Notes: generated from the sequence alone by a model not told the origin. 64,000 bases of DNA from a virus (IMGVR_UViG_3300037466_003648:96001-160000), one strand, 5' to 3'; counted from the first letter of the stretch, positions 51,599-61,422 are shown. Numbers and translations: made by a program.

Positions 51599-52033
51599 CT
51601 AGAGTTGGGTCGGGTCGATCACCGCGACCATCACCACGCGAGGTGGCTTGAGGAGGGAGTCGTACCCAATGTAGAAGATGTCACCGTGCGAGCGCTGGAG
51701 CATGAAGGCCATGTCCAACAGGGCACGGCCAAAGCGCATCGTGCGGGTGTGGGGTGTGTTCAGGTCGTCGGTGGGATTCGAGACGTCCACCACCACCCGA
51801 TGGGATTCGGTAAAGGTCTCGTCATACACAACATACCCTTGCTGATCCACTTCTGGCAGATCGATCAAGTAGACGAAGGGTTCTACGACCTTGACGGCAT
51901 CCGCGTGCGTCAGGATCAACATCAGCTTGTGGTCACCCAACGTGTCCAGTCCCTGGAAACCGCCGGGCGCGGAAGCGGCTAAGGTCTTCAGGGCGTCGCG
52001 GACTTGGGGATCGAGCAGAACGAGCGAGTTCAT
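51599..52033 (-). CDS. hypothetical protein
   Basis: 144 aa within the virion operon. Confidence 0.6.
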   Translation of the reverse strand: MNSLVLLDPQVRDALKTLAASAPGGFQGLDTLGDHKLMLILTHADAVKVVEPFVYLIDLPEVDQQGYVVYDETFTESHRVVVDVSNPTDDLNTPHTRTMRFGRALLDMAFMLQRSHGDIFYIGYDSLLKPPRVVMVAVIDPTQL

Positions 52034-52038
52034 GGCGG

Positions 52039-53793
52039 CTACCTGTTGTTGTCGGCACGCAGCTGGTTCAGCTTCGTGTACAGCGGCTTGAGGCGCTCAC
52101 GCAGCCCGGATGCCTGGGCAATCGCAGCAGCCTTGACGGTCTCGTCCATCGACGTTGCACCGATGCTGTTGTTGTACTGGCTGATCGCCGTGTCGGCAGC
52201 ATCGATGGCAGAGGATGCGGCACCAATGGCTGCCGTACCCGCAGCTTGCAGCTTGGGATCTCCCTTGGTCAGGTCCACCGTATTCAGCTGCCGTTGGCCC
52301 GCCGTGGCCGCGTAAGCAGCAACAGCCGTGGCCGCCTTGGCAACCTTGCCCTCGGCCGCGGTCACCAGTTGGGCGGCCGACTCGAAGTTCTTGCCGTTGG
52401 GTGTTGCCGTGCGAGTGCGCGGGGCCGGGTCGGTGATCTTGCCACCGCCGCCCAGCACCTGGTTGCTGGCACCGCCCGCGGGGATCTTGGTGTCCTGCTT
52501 GGCCTGCAGGGTCTCCTTGGTCGCGCGCTGCACCAGGGTCGTGTCCGCATCCGAACCACCCTCGATGCCGCCCACGGCAAAGCACTGGAACTTGTAGTAG
52601 GTACGGGCATCGTCGCGGTACCAGCGGGTGTAGTTGGTCACGATGACCTGGTACTTGATGCGCACCACGCCGCTGAAGATCTCGAAGTCGACCGCCGTGC
52701 CGCCCTTTACCGCGTTGTCGAGGAACACCCGCGACACCTGCCACGAGCCGCCCTTCTTCTCCGGGTCCGTGTAGAGCGGGTCGGGGTTGTAGGGATCGTG
52801 GTAGCCGACCTTGTGCAGATCTTGGTTCAACAGACGCGCCTGGTCCCAACCCAAGAACGCTCCCACGAACTCGATCATCAAACCCTGGATGCCCAAGGAC
52901 TGGTAGACAGGCGCACCGCCGGGAATGAGCAGCGTCGCGTAGTTCTGGACGTGCACGAAACGGATGCCCGCCTCGGCACCGGGTGCTTGCTGACCCTGTA
53001 CCCCACCGTGGATGGGCAGGATCGAGTTGGTGGCAGGGGGCAGCTCGAACGGCACGTTCGCGAGCTTGACCTCCATGTGACCTGCGTGACCCACGTTGAC
53101 CTGGTGCGTGGGTGGCGTGCGCGTGAAGGTAGGCGGCGTGTCGTCCGGCCAGTAGTACTCGACCAGCTGCGGCTGGGGTGGCCGGTAGCCGAAGTTGAGA
53201 CCGTACTGCTTGGCGAGCAGCCCCAGCGCCGCACCGGCCAGGTTGGGCAACAGGACGCCTGTGATCGCGTCGGCCGCCACACCCCCGAAATTGCCTTGCA
53301 AGATGTCGGCCAGGATCGTGTCGCGCGTCGAGGGCGACATGTTCGAGAGCACCGCCCCGACGGCCGGAATGTGCTGACCGAACGTGTCGAGCACACTGTC
53401 CATGACCTGGACGCCCGTGCCCGGCCACGAGAGCGTGGAGATCACCGCACCGGGGTTTTGGGCGACCGTGTCGATCGCGTCGATGCCCTTCTGATACAGC
53501 TCGCCGACGATGCCCTGCACGCCGCTGTCACCACTGGCGGGCAGGAGTCCCGTCTGGTAGAGCATACCGTCAAGGTAGGTCTGGCCGTCGAGGTAGTTGT
53601 TACCGGTACCCGCCTTCGCCTGTCGGATGCGATGGGCGACGTCCGGGGGCATCTCGTTGTTGTTGACCGAGGCCAGCAGGGTATCCCCAAGCGTTGGATC
53701 CCCGGAGAGTTGGTTGACGCCCAGAACTGTTGGCTGCTTCGTAACAGAAGCAGCCAGGTTCGCGAACTCGGCAGTCAGGAACTCCAGCCCCAT
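52039..53793 (-). CDS. putative virion structural protein
   Basis: 584 aa with Ala-rich C-terminus; the call rests on context only. Confidence 0.45.
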   Translation of the reverse strand: MGLEFLTAEFANLAASVTKQPTVLGVNQLSGDPTLGDTLLASVNNNEMPPDVAHRIRQAKAGTGNNYLDGQTYLDGMLYQTGLLPASGDSGVQGIVGELYQKGIDAIDTVAQNPGAVISTLSWPGTGVQVMDSVLDTFGQHIPAVGAVLSNMSPSTRDTILADILQGNFGGVAADAITGVLLPNLAGAALGLLAKQYGLNFGYRPPQPQLVEYYWPDDTPPTFTRTPPTHQVNVGHAGHMEVKLANVPFELPPATNSILPIHGGVQGQQAPGAEAGIRFVHVQNYATLLIPGGAPVYQSLGIQGLMIEFVGAFLGWDQARLLNQDLHKVGYHDPYNPDPLYTDPEKKGGSWQVSRVFLDNAVKGGTAVDFEIFSGVVRIKYQVIVTNYTRWYRDDARTYYKFQCFAVGGIEGGSDADTTLVQRATKETLQAKQDTKIPAGGASNQVLGGGGKITDPAPRTRTATPNGKNFESAAQLVTAAEGKVAKAATAVAAYAATAGQRQLNTVDLTKGDPKLQAAGTAAIGAASSAIDAADTAISQYNNSIGATSMDETVKAAAIAQASGLRERLKPLYTKLNQLRADNNR

Positions 53794-53802
53794 GGGCGTC
53801 TC

Positions 53803-54264
53803 CTACTTCGTGCGGCTTACCGCGGGCGGATCGGCCGGGGGTGCTGCCTTCTGCGGCGACCAGTTCATGATGAGCGTGAGGGTCAACCCCAGTGCCGACA
53901 ACCCAACGGTGATCAGGGTCACGTAGGTCGCCGTCGTGTTGGAGTGCATGCTCTTCAGCAGCTCCAGGTGGTTGTGGTTGGTCTCGGCAATGGCCTCTTG
54001 AGCGGCATTCACCGCGGTTCCCAGCAGCGCCATCTGCTGCTGGGTCGCATCCAGACGAGCTTGGATCTCGTGCCGCGGCACGAAGCTCTGAGGCAGTGCC
54101 TTCAACTCGTTCAAGGTCGCACGAATCTCGTCGAGCTTCGAGTTCAACACGGCCAGTTGCTGGTTGTTCTGACTGGTCTGCGAGGCCGTTTCTGCCAGGC
54201 GCTTGTCCAGCTCCTGCAGCTTCTGCTCCAGCAAACCAATTCGCTGCTCCAACACTTCGGACAT
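53803..54264 (-). CDS. coiled-coil protein with C-terminal TM segment (lysis- or holin-associated candidate)
   Basis: Heptad repeats followed by YVTLITVGLSALGLTLTLIM. Confidence 0.55.
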   Translation of the reverse strand: MSEVLEQRIGLLEQKLQELDKRLAETASQTSQNNQQLAVLNSKLDEIRATLNELKALPQSFVPRHEIQARLDATQQQMALLGTAVNAAQEAIAETNHNHLELLKSMHSNTTATYVTLITVGLSALGLTLTLIMNWSPQKAAPPADPPAVSRTK

Positions 54265-54274
54265 GGGCTTCTCC

Positions 54275-54601
54275 TTACGGCCGCAAGCTATCGAGAACCA
54301 ACACGCTGAAAAGCCCCGTAGACTGGGACTTCCCGTTCTGGAAGGTCACGACAACCTCCCCGGAGTAGGTACCAACAGTGTTGGTGTCGCCGTTCTGCCA
54401 GGCATACTCGGCCTTGCCGTCTTCGGCATCGGTCACGGTGCAGGCGCGATGGTCGATCAGGAGGTTCGTGGAGTCGGTGCCCATCGAGAACGTGATGGAC
54501 GAGACGTCTGTCAGGTCGACACAACTTCCATCTCGCTTCTTGAGATGGAACTGCAGGATCGGGAGCAAGTCCTTCTTGTAGATGGAAAATTCGATGGCCA
54601 T
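54275..54601 (-). CDS. BppU N-terminal-like baseplate/tail adaptor domain protein
   Basis: LPILQFHL...VDLT...ITFSM...TDAEDGKAEYAWQNGDT...GTY.GEV.VTF..G. Confidence 0.7.
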   Translation of the reverse strand: MAIEFSIYKKDLLPILQFHLKKRDGSCVDLTDVSSITFSMGTDSTNLLIDHRACTVTDAEDGKAEYAWQNGDTNTVGTYSGEVVVTFQNGKSQSTGLFSVLVLDSLRP

Positions 54602-54602
54602 G

Positions 54603-54734
54603 CTAGTCCCCCAGCACCAAGGTCAACACGACGGACGGCGTCATCACCAGTGCCAAGGGGGCACTGTCGATCACCAGACCGAGGGTCTGATCGTTCTCGA
54701 TGATCAGCACGAGCGAAGTCGTAGGATCGGTCAT
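54603..54734 (-). CDS. small hydrophobic hypothetical protein (43 aa)
   Basis: GGAGGAG RBS before ATG 54734. Confidence 0.45.
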   Translation of the reverse strand: MTDPTTSLVLIIENDQTLGLVIDSAPLALVMTPSVVLTLVLGD

Positions 54735-54779
54735 CGGCGTGGGGCTCCTCCACGAGCATGGTGGAGTGAAACTGCGTCT

Positions 54780-54821
54780 AACTTCTGGGCGACGCAACCG
54801 AAGCTGCGTCGCCCAGAAGTT
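54780..54821 (-). terminator. 17-bp perfect hairpin with a cUUCGg loop on the minus strand
   Basis: AACTTCTGGGCGACGCA/TGCGTCGCCCAGAAGTT; no clear U-tract. Confidence 0.55.
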
Positions 54822-54857
54822 GGAGTGAGGAGGAGAGGGAAGGAATGGAGCGGAAAA

Positions 54858-55142
54858 CTAGGCACGCGCCTTGTCGAGGACCGTGGTGATCAGCTTCTCG
54901 GCCAGCGCCTCGATGTTGGCCGCCACGCCGTGCAGCATGGCGTCGTTCTCCAGGAGCAGCTTGGCGTACGTGGGGATCTGGGGGATCGCTTCGATGGCCG
55001 CCTTGGCATCCTTGACGATGGTTTCGACAGCAGCCGCTGCATCGGCCGTGGCTTCAGCGGCGTTCAGCTTGCGTTCGACCGCGGCTTCCAGGATCGACGC
55101 GATGACCTGCTCCGCGTCCTGCAACAATTCGTTGGGGGTCAT
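54858..55142 (-). CDS. Ala-rich helical hypothetical protein
   Basis: AAAGGAG RBS; 94 aa. Confidence 0.65.
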   Translation of the reverse strand: MTPNELLQDAEQVIASILEAAVERKLNAAEATADAAAAVETIVKDAKAAIEAIPQIPTYAKLLLENDAMLHGVAANIEALAEKLITTVLDKARA

Positions 55143-55204
55143 GGGGATCTCCTTTCAGATCGACATGCCACATGGTGTCGCAAAACCGGGGTAAGAACTG
55201 GGCA

Positions 55205-58105
55205 TTACGGCAATGGATCGGCGATTGCTACTGGACGTCCGTTGGGTTCGTACAGTGCCACGCTCGCCGCGGAGGTGACCGCCGTACGGGCATCCGTACG
55301 GGTCTCGCGCACCACGAGGATCAGACGCCGTCCCTGGTAGGACACCAGCATTAGCATGACCGTCTCGTGCGCCCCCGCCGTGCTCAAGGCGTCGGACTCC
55401 ACCAGGAAGCTCGCATCCGCCAGGTCCGACAGGTGGAACACGCTGCCCTGCTGGAGTGGCACGCTGCCACAACGGTTCTTGGCAAGAGGCAGATCGCTCA
55501 GCACCGAGCGAACCGGCGTATGGTTGATCAAGGCGATCGCACGGCTGTCGAGGCTGGCCGCCCGCACGAACGGAGCGGTTCCCCAGTCGGGTGCCGCATC
55601 GGTGCCGCCCGTGCCCTTGGTGTGCGCCACCAGAACCAGGGCCGATACGGCCACCAGTGCCGCGGAAGGGTCCACCGTCAGTGCAAGCGGGACGTGCGAC
55701 GAGACCGCCACGTTGACATGGTCGGCCGGAACGAACTCGCGGCCCACCAAGGCGATCATCTGGACCTTGGTGCCGTCGGTCAAGGGTGCCGGGAACGTGA
55801 GCGTCACGAGCGGACCCGCGATCACCACGGTCACCGACAGTGCCAACGACACGGCCACGCCATCCAACAGGATCGAGGCGCACACCGCCGAGGCGATCTT
55901 GCCCTTGATCATTCCCGGTGCCGCGAGCGTCACGGTGTTCGTGCTGCCCTGTGCCACCGTCGAGAGCACGTACGCCTCGGCCAGGTCAGCCACCGAGGAG
56001 GCTTCGGCATCCCAGGTACACACCGGCGCGTCGAGCACGACATCCACCTCGAAGTAGGCGTTGCTCGCCACCGTGGTGCTGCCGCCCAGCACGATCGTGA
56101 CCGTGCCGTTGCTGTTGCGCTGCGAACTGAAGAGTGCCGTGGTCACGTTGTTGACCCGCACGTCGATCGGCCACAACACCGTCCGTCCGTACTTCGTCGC
56201 GGCGATTGTGTAAGTCGACGTGCCGTTTCCGGGGATCCGCAGGGTCGCTACAGTGCCCTTGACGGCCGACCCAGGGTTCCACGCGTTGACCGCTTCACCC
56301 GTGGCGAGCTGCAACCCCAACGCGGGACCGCTCAACGTCTGGCTCGAACTGGCTGCGGGCACGGGGTAGATGCGACCCCGAACGTCGGAAGCGCCCAACA
56401 CGCTGTCGAAGCGTACGGGCACACCACTGTTCGCCGCGTAGCTCACGCCCAGGACCAGGCGCACATCCGCGTGGGTGGGGGGCACCGCCGGGCGGAACTC
56501 CAGGTTGTTGCTCACCACGGCAATGGTGCCCGCGATGGTAGCGCCCGTGGTGCCATCGTACATGGCCGACTGCCCTGCATCGAAGCTGCCGCCCAGCGTG
56601 CTCAACGCGGAGGGCAGGAGCACCGGGTAGAACGAGCCATCCGTCACCTGCATCACCGGACGCAGTACGGCTTCGGGGCGCACATCCACGTAGTCCAGCG
56701 TGAGCGACGTCGTGCCGCCATCCACGTAGATGCGCAGCTCGAAGCTGGTCACCCACGAGGGGAGATTCAAGATGCTCTGCTGGAGCTGGGGCGTGTTGAA
56801 GGGGATCGAGGCCAGGTTCGCGATCGTGATGGTCGCCAAGGCGTTGTGCGTGACGGGGTCGGCCACCACGATCAACAGGTTGGCGCCGTTGGCGCTGTGG
56901 ACGGTGTAGCCCACCTGCACGGCCAACACATCCGTTGCCACCCCCGTGACCGTGGTCTTGATGCCGTAGGGATCGCCCGAAGGACCGCCGGTACGCTGCA
57001 TGTCTTCGCCGGTCGAGCCGTGCAGGGCGAGCACACCCGTGGCGCTGCCGCTCGTGTAGATCGTCCAACCATCGGGCACGCCGTCGGCGTTGGTGTCCAC
57101 CTCGAAGTGCGAGTGCTTGATCAGGTTCGCCGTGATAGCGGTCTTGTCGGCACCCGCCCGGTCCGAACGCCGCGTGCAGTAGGGCACCGTGTCCAGCGCC
57201 TGCAGCGTGGTCTGCAACACGCCACCACCCAGCTTGTTGGTGAGCACGTCGACCAGCGAGCGGCGGAACAAGATGTCGTCGTTGGGACGCAGCGTGGTGC
57301 GCTGGCGCAGATCCACCACCGATCGCACCATGTCCACCGCGTCGTTCCACCCACCATCCGGCCGCGTCGACGGCACGGTTTGGCTGGCGACGGGCGCCCC
57401 GTTCGGGTTGGTCACGGCATCGTACGCGGTCGTGTTGTGACGACGCACCCGCGCGATGGGCAGCGCGTAGGTGAAGCGGTACAGCTCGTTGTCCAGCCCC
57501 ACCTCCGACAGAATGTCATTCTCCAGGCCGTCGCGCAACGCAACCCACAAGCCGGGATCGGTCGCCAGATCGAAGGCGGAAGGACGCTGCACGTAGACCG
57601 CAGCCGTCGTGTTACCCTGCTCGTCATGTGCGACCACCGTGGGGTCGTCCATGCCATCGGGGTAGCTGCTGAAGTTGACGCCCGAAACCACGCGGAAGCG
57701 GTACTGCAAGCTGCGCCCGCTGCCCTCTGCACGAATGAACCATGCTTCCAGGAAGACCAGGTCATCGCGCGTACCGGTCGTCGGTGGTGCGGGCAAGGTG
57801 ATCGCCACCTGGTTGCGGGGCAATGGCAGACGGTAGCCGTCCAACAGCACCTCTGCCCCGTTGGTCGCGTCGAGGTAGAGCGTGTTGGCGACCGGCGGGC
57901 TCACCTCCGCACCCCCGCGCAATACCCCCGGCGCGAGCCAACCCGAGGGCGCCTGGAGCTTGACCAGGCGCGCCACCTCATCCGTCATCGTGCGGTGCAC
58001 GACCACGGGAACGCCGGGGATCTCGGCGTTCTCGTCACGCACGGGAACTTGGCCGGGACCGTTGCCGGTGTCGAGGTAGGAAGCCGGGATCGGGAACGTC
58101 GCCAT
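55205..58105 (-). CDS. tail/baseplate receptor-binding protein with carbohydrate-binding-like domain
   Basis: LPAPPTTGTRDDLVFLEAW; NLIKHSHFEVDTNADGVPDGW CBM-like start; beta-rich composition. Confidence 0.65.
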   Translation of the reverse strand: MATFPIPASYLDTGNGPGQVPVRDENAEIPGVPVVVHRTMTDEVARLVKLQAPSGWLAPGVLRGGAEVSPPVANTLYLDATNGAEVLLDGYRLPLPRNQVAITLPAPPTTGTRDDLVFLEAWFIRAEGSGRSLQYRFRVVSGVNFSSYPDGMDDPTVVAHDEQGNTTAAVYVQRPSAFDLATDPGLWVALRDGLENDILSEVGLDNELYRFTYALPIARVRRHNTTAYDAVTNPNGAPVASQTVPSTRPDGGWNDAVDMVRSVVDLRQRTTLRPNDDILFRRSLVDVLTNKLGGGVLQTTLQALDTVPYCTRRSDRAGADKTAITANLIKHSHFEVDTNADGVPDGWTIYTSGSATGVLALHGSTGEDMQRTGGPSGDPYGIKTTVTGVATDVLAVQVGYTVHSANGANLLIVVADPVTHNALATITIANLASIPFNTPQLQQSILNLPSWVTSFELRIYVDGGTTSLTLDYVDVRPEAVLRPVMQVTDGSFYPVLLPSALSTLGGSFDAGQSAMYDGTTGATIAGTIAVVSNNLEFRPAVPPTHADVRLVLGVSYAANSGVPVRFDSVLGASDVRGRIYPVPAASSSQTLSGPALGLQLATGEAVNAWNPGSAVKGTVATLRIPGNGTSTYTIAATKYGRTVLWPIDVRVNNVTTALFSSQRNSNGTVTIVLGGSTTVASNAYFEVDVVLDAPVCTWDAEASSVADLAEAYVLSTVAQGSTNTVTLAAPGMIKGKIASAVCASILLDGVAVSLALSVTVVIAGPLVTLTFPAPLTDGTKVQMIALVGREFVPADHVNVAVSSHVPLALTVDPSAALVAVSALVLVAHTKGTGGTDAAPDWGTAPFVRAASLDSRAIALINHTPVRSVLSDLPLAKNRCGSVPLQQGSVFHLSDLADASFLVESDALSTAGAHETVMLMLVSYQGRRLILVVRETRTDARTAVTSAASVALYEPNGRPVAIADPLP

Positions 58106-58114
58106 GAGGATCTC

Positions 58115-58564
58115 CTAAACCACGGGGTTGTCGTCGCGTGCCAGCTCGTCGGCGACCTGGTCGGACGCACGCGCCCCCGGCAGACGATGCAAGACGCTGT
58201 GGAAGACGTCGAGCCGCAGGAAGTCGATCACGACATCGATCATCGGATTGTGCCAACCCAAGGCCACCGAGACGCCCTTGACGTTCTGCAGCACGGAGAT
58301 GACCTCCTTGAGCAGCAGCAGATAGAAGCACGCGCTGCCCACATGGTCGACCAGGGGCAACCCGATCCCGCCGAAGAACACCTGCAAGACGGCGAGCACG
58401 CTCAGGTAGAGCGACAGCTTCACCAAGACCAGTGGAAGTCGGCGCACGTCGAAGCGCTTCTCCAGCACAGCCCGCGGCGTCCCCGTCAACCAGTCAAGCA
58501 GCAGCACGAGGTACAGCATCTGTGCCTCGGAACTCTGCAAGAAGACGAGAAAGGCGGCGTACAT
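58115..58564 (-). CDS. phage holin
   Basis: LDWLTG, K...Y..V, EVISVLQN pattern with three TM segments; start reassigned to ATG 58564 after AGGAG. Confidence 0.72.
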   Translation of the reverse strand: MYAAFLVFLQSSEAQMLYLVLLLDWLTGTPRAVLEKRFDVRRLPLVLVKLSLYLSVLAVLQVFFGGIGLPLVDHVGSACFYLLLLKEVISVLQNVKGVSVALGWHNPMIDVVIDFLRLDVFHSVLHRLPGARASDQVADELARDDNPVV

Positions 58565-58571
58565 GGGACTC

Positions 58572-58727
58572 CTAGTTGCCGGAGTTGTTGCTGATGATGC
58601 CAGGCCCCGGACCACTCGTGACGAGCGGTCGGGGCACGGTGGGTGCGGTAGGGCACACGACTTGCGGCGTGCAGCTGACGAACAGCAGGACCGCCGCGAC
58701 CATGAGCACCGTCGTGATCAGGCGCAT
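58572..58727 (-). CDS. small Pro-rich lipoprotein, o-spanin-like (absent from the ORF track)
   Basis: AAGGAGG RBS; MRLITTVLMVAAVLLFVSC lipobox, then a Pro-rich 32-aa tail; adjacent to the holin. Confidence 0.6.
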   Translation of the reverse strand: MRLITTVLMVAAVLLFVSCTPQVVCPTAPTVPRPLVTSGPGPGIISNNSGN

Positions 58728-58790
58728 CACTTCCTCCTTGGGGATAGTAGGCCCGATCGTAGCGAGCGGGGTCGCGTGGGTTCTGGGCGT

Positions 58791-59630
58791 CTACTGGTCG
58801 AAGTCGTTGGCGGTGTCCTGGTAGTAGTACTGGTGGGAGGTGGCACTGTCCGTCGGGTACACACCCAACCCGGCTACCGGGTAGACTTCGGCCAGGTTCA
58901 ACACCTTGGCGTAGTCGACCGCGGGGATGTTGGTCGTACCCGCTCCGGCACTGACACCCAGAACGACCAGGATCTTGGGCTTGGGCAGCGTGATGGCGTT
59001 GGGCGCGGGAGGTGCTGGCTTGGTCTTACTGATCGCATACTCCAGGCGCCCGTACATCGCCTCCTTGGGCTCGGCGGTCGGCGTGCTGCCCGCGAAGTAG
59101 AAGCCGTCCAGCAGAATGACGTCTTGACCGGAGCCCGTACCGATGACCGGATCGGCCAGCGAGTCATAGCTCTCCAATGCGTCCATTGGCTCGGTCGCGG
59201 AGACCATCACTTGCAGAGGCGTGCTCGATGCGAACTGCGCGTAGGTGTAGGTAACCGCCGCGTTCTGGTTGTCACGCGTGGCCGTGCCCACCCCATCCGA
59301 AAAGCCGAACTCGTCGATGAAGAAACCGTCCAGCACGCCTTGGACCGGCAGCGTGTTCACCCAGTTGTCCGCCTGCACCTTCCACTGGTCGAGGTTGGCC
59401 GCGCCGCCCAGCGCGGTGTAGCCAAAGAACTTGGCGTTCTCGTTGATCACCTTGACCGCGCGGATGACCTCCGCCAGATCGGCAGCGTCTTGCTCCACCT
59501 GGGGCGGCTCCACCACGATGAAGTCGTAGCGCGCGAGGATCCCGATCGCCCCCAACAGGTTGTTGACACCGCCGATCGTGGTGATCGTCGGGCTCGCGTA
59601 GCGGATGAAGTTGTTGCGATCGGTTTGCAT
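58791..59630 (-). CDS. TIM-barrel glycoside hydrolase-like protein (GH114/GH135-like)
   Basis: YDFIVVEP, FFGY...G, LDGFFIDEFG pattern. Confidence 0.55.
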   Translation of the reverse strand: MQTDRNNFIRYASPTITTIGGVNNLLGAIGILARYDFIVVEPPQVEQDAADLAEVIRAVKVINENAKFFGYTALGGAANLDQWKVQADNWVNTLPVQGVLDGFFIDEFGFSDGVGTATRDNQNAAVTYTYAQFASSTPLQVMVSATEPMDALESYDSLADPVIGTGSGQDVILLDGFYFAGSTPTAEPKEAMYGRLEYAISKTKPAPPAPNAITLPKPKILVVLGVSAGAGTTNIPAVDYAKVLNLAEVYPVAGLGVYPTDSATSHQYYYQDTANDFDQ

Positions 59631-59633
59631 GGC

Positions 59634-60491
59634 TTAGATCCTGTTGTAGCTAGGGGACCACGACTGCCAGCTGTAGCCATTCCACCAGTGCCAGCTGTTG
59701 TAGCCGTCCATGTAGACCCAGGTGCCGCTGGGTACCTGGAACATGAGATAGTTGCCGCCCCAGCTGGACGAACCCGCCTTGATGCCGTAGCTCTTGACCA
59801 TGGCACAAGCCTCGGGGTACCACTGGAAAAGCAACTTCCAGTCGGGATGGTTCTTGGGGTCCTCGAAGCCGGGGATGACGCCGTCCGGTGTGCCGGGACC
59901 CGAGGAGCCGCGGGTGTTGCCCGGTGCTTCGGTCGTGCCGCCGAAGAAGCGACCCGCATTGGCGAACTGCTCCCACGGACCTTCGTGACGCCCGTCCGGC
60001 ACCGCCCACGGCGCCTGGTTGGGGTCGTAGGTGGTGTGGTTGGAGCTGATCAGCCTCTCCCACAGGTGGGCCAGCTCTTCGCAGCCCTGCGACTGGTTGC
60101 CGTACAGCCCCATCCAGTTGTGGTACGCGTGGTACCACTCGTGCGAGAGCGCGGCCGGGAACTTGTAGCCGCCGTAGGTCTGCGGATCGAAGTACTGGAT
60201 GTCGATGTGCGAGCGGTAGTCGGCGTCGCTGTAGGTCAGCGCCAGCGCGATGTTGGCGTTCGGGAAGGGCAACCACTTCGAGTAGACGTTGACCGTCACG
60301 CGGCGCGTGAACTTGTTCGTCAAGTCCGGTTGGTTGTAGTACTCGTAGGTGTTCGTCCCCAGCTGGTTGATCCAGGAGGTCCACTGAGCGATGGAGCCGC
60401 ACTGGTTGTCGACCGGACCGTAGTCGGACTCGTAGTACCGGTTGAGCACGAGCCCGTTCGGGAACGTCGTGGTGATGAACTGTTGGGACAT
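59634..60491 (-). CDS. zinc metallopeptidase-like protein
   Basis: LSHEWYH (HExxH) with downstream WEQFA; Trp/Tyr-rich C-terminus. Confidence 0.6.
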   Translation of the reverse strand: MSQQFITTTFPNGLVLNRYYESDYGPVDNQCGSIAQWTSWINQLGTNTYEYYNQPDLTNKFTRRVTVNVYSKWLPFPNANIALALTYSDADYRSHIDIQYFDPQTYGGYKFPAALSHEWYHAYHNWMGLYGNQSQGCEELAHLWERLISSNHTTYDPNQAPWAVPDGRHEGPWEQFANAGRFFGGTTEAPGNTRGSSGPGTPDGVIPGFEDPKNHPDWKLLFQWYPEACAMVKSYGIKAGSSSWGGNYLMFQVPSGTWVYMDGYNSWHWWNGYSWQSWSPSYNRI

Positions 60492-60503
60492 GATCGACTC
60501 CTG

Positions 60504-61412
60504 TTAGGTGACCTGGGTAGGACCATCCACGATGCCCGCACCACCCGCACCACCGGGACCACCGTTGCCACCGGAACCCGAGCCCCCAGTACCGCCCGCA
60601 CCACCGTTGGCGTGAATGTTGCCGGAGCCGTTGTTGGTAAAGCTGGTGGTGTAGCGGATCTTGATGGTGCCACCGCCGCCACCACCGCCACCACCGCCGC
60701 TGCCCCAGAACGACGTGCCAGAACCAACACCGTTCGCGCCTGCCGCACCGTCGGCCGTGATCAGACCGTTGGCACCGATCGTGATGGTGACGGCCCAGAT
60801 GTCGATGATGCCGCCGCCCGCGCCACCCGCACCACCGGCACCAGACGTACCACCGCCGTTGCCCGATCCGCCGCCACCGCCGCCCGAGCCACCCGCACCC
60901 ATGCGACCGCCCGTAGACTCGGTGAACGTGCTACCAGCCGTACCGCCAGCACCACCGCTGCCCGAACCACCGGTTGTGCCGTTGGTGCCCGCCACGTTGT
61001 GCGAACCACCGGCACCACCGCCGCCGCCCTGGTTGTTACCCGCGCCGTTGTTGTACACACCGGCACCACCGCCCGTGGAGGCCGTGCCCGACGAGGTACC
61101 CGCGCCACCCGCGCCACCGGGGTTACCTGTCGAACTGGTGCTGGCACCGGCGGCGCCACCAGCCAGCCCCAAACCCAGCACGCTGATGGTGCCGTTCACG
61201 ATTAGGTTGGTGCAACGGATCTTCAGGAGACCGGCCGCGCTGAGCGTCAGCGTACCACCCTTCTCGATGAAGATCTCGTTGTACTGCTTGGTCGAGTCAT
61301 GGTTGATGCTCTGACCCGCGTACACGTACAGGTCGGGCAACGGCGTGCCCGACTGGGTCGGGAACACCGTCTGGCTGCCAGGTGCATTAGTCGATCCAGG
61401 AATGAACGTCAT
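60504..61412 (-). CDS. glycine-rich tail or fibre-associated protein
   Basis: Long GGAGG/GGGGG runs; I.A.G..G..G pattern. Confidence 0.75.
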   Translation of the reverse strand: MTFIPGSTNAPGSQTVFPTQSGTPLPDLYVYAGQSINHDSTKQYNEIFIEKGGTLTLSAAGLLKIRCTNLIVNGTISVLGLGLAGGAAGASTSSTGNPGGAGGAGTSSGTASTGGGAGVYNNGAGNNQGGGGGAGGSHNVAGTNGTTGGSGSGGAGGTAGSTFTESTGGRMGAGGSGGGGGGSGNGGGTSGAGGAGGAGGGIIDIWAVTITIGANGLITADGAAGANGVGSGTSFWGSGGGGGGGGGGTIKIRYTTSFTNNGSGNIHANGGAGGTGGSGSGGNGGPGGAGGAGIVDGPTQVT

Positions 61413-61422
61413 GATGATCTCC

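Noticed and set aside
36296-61205. Long plus-strand ORFs opposite the virion module (36296-40858, 42515-47881, 52246-54309, 55367-58594, 58563-61205)
   Set aside because: Antisense shadows of the giant protein and tail genes; low-information Arg/Gly/His-rich translations.
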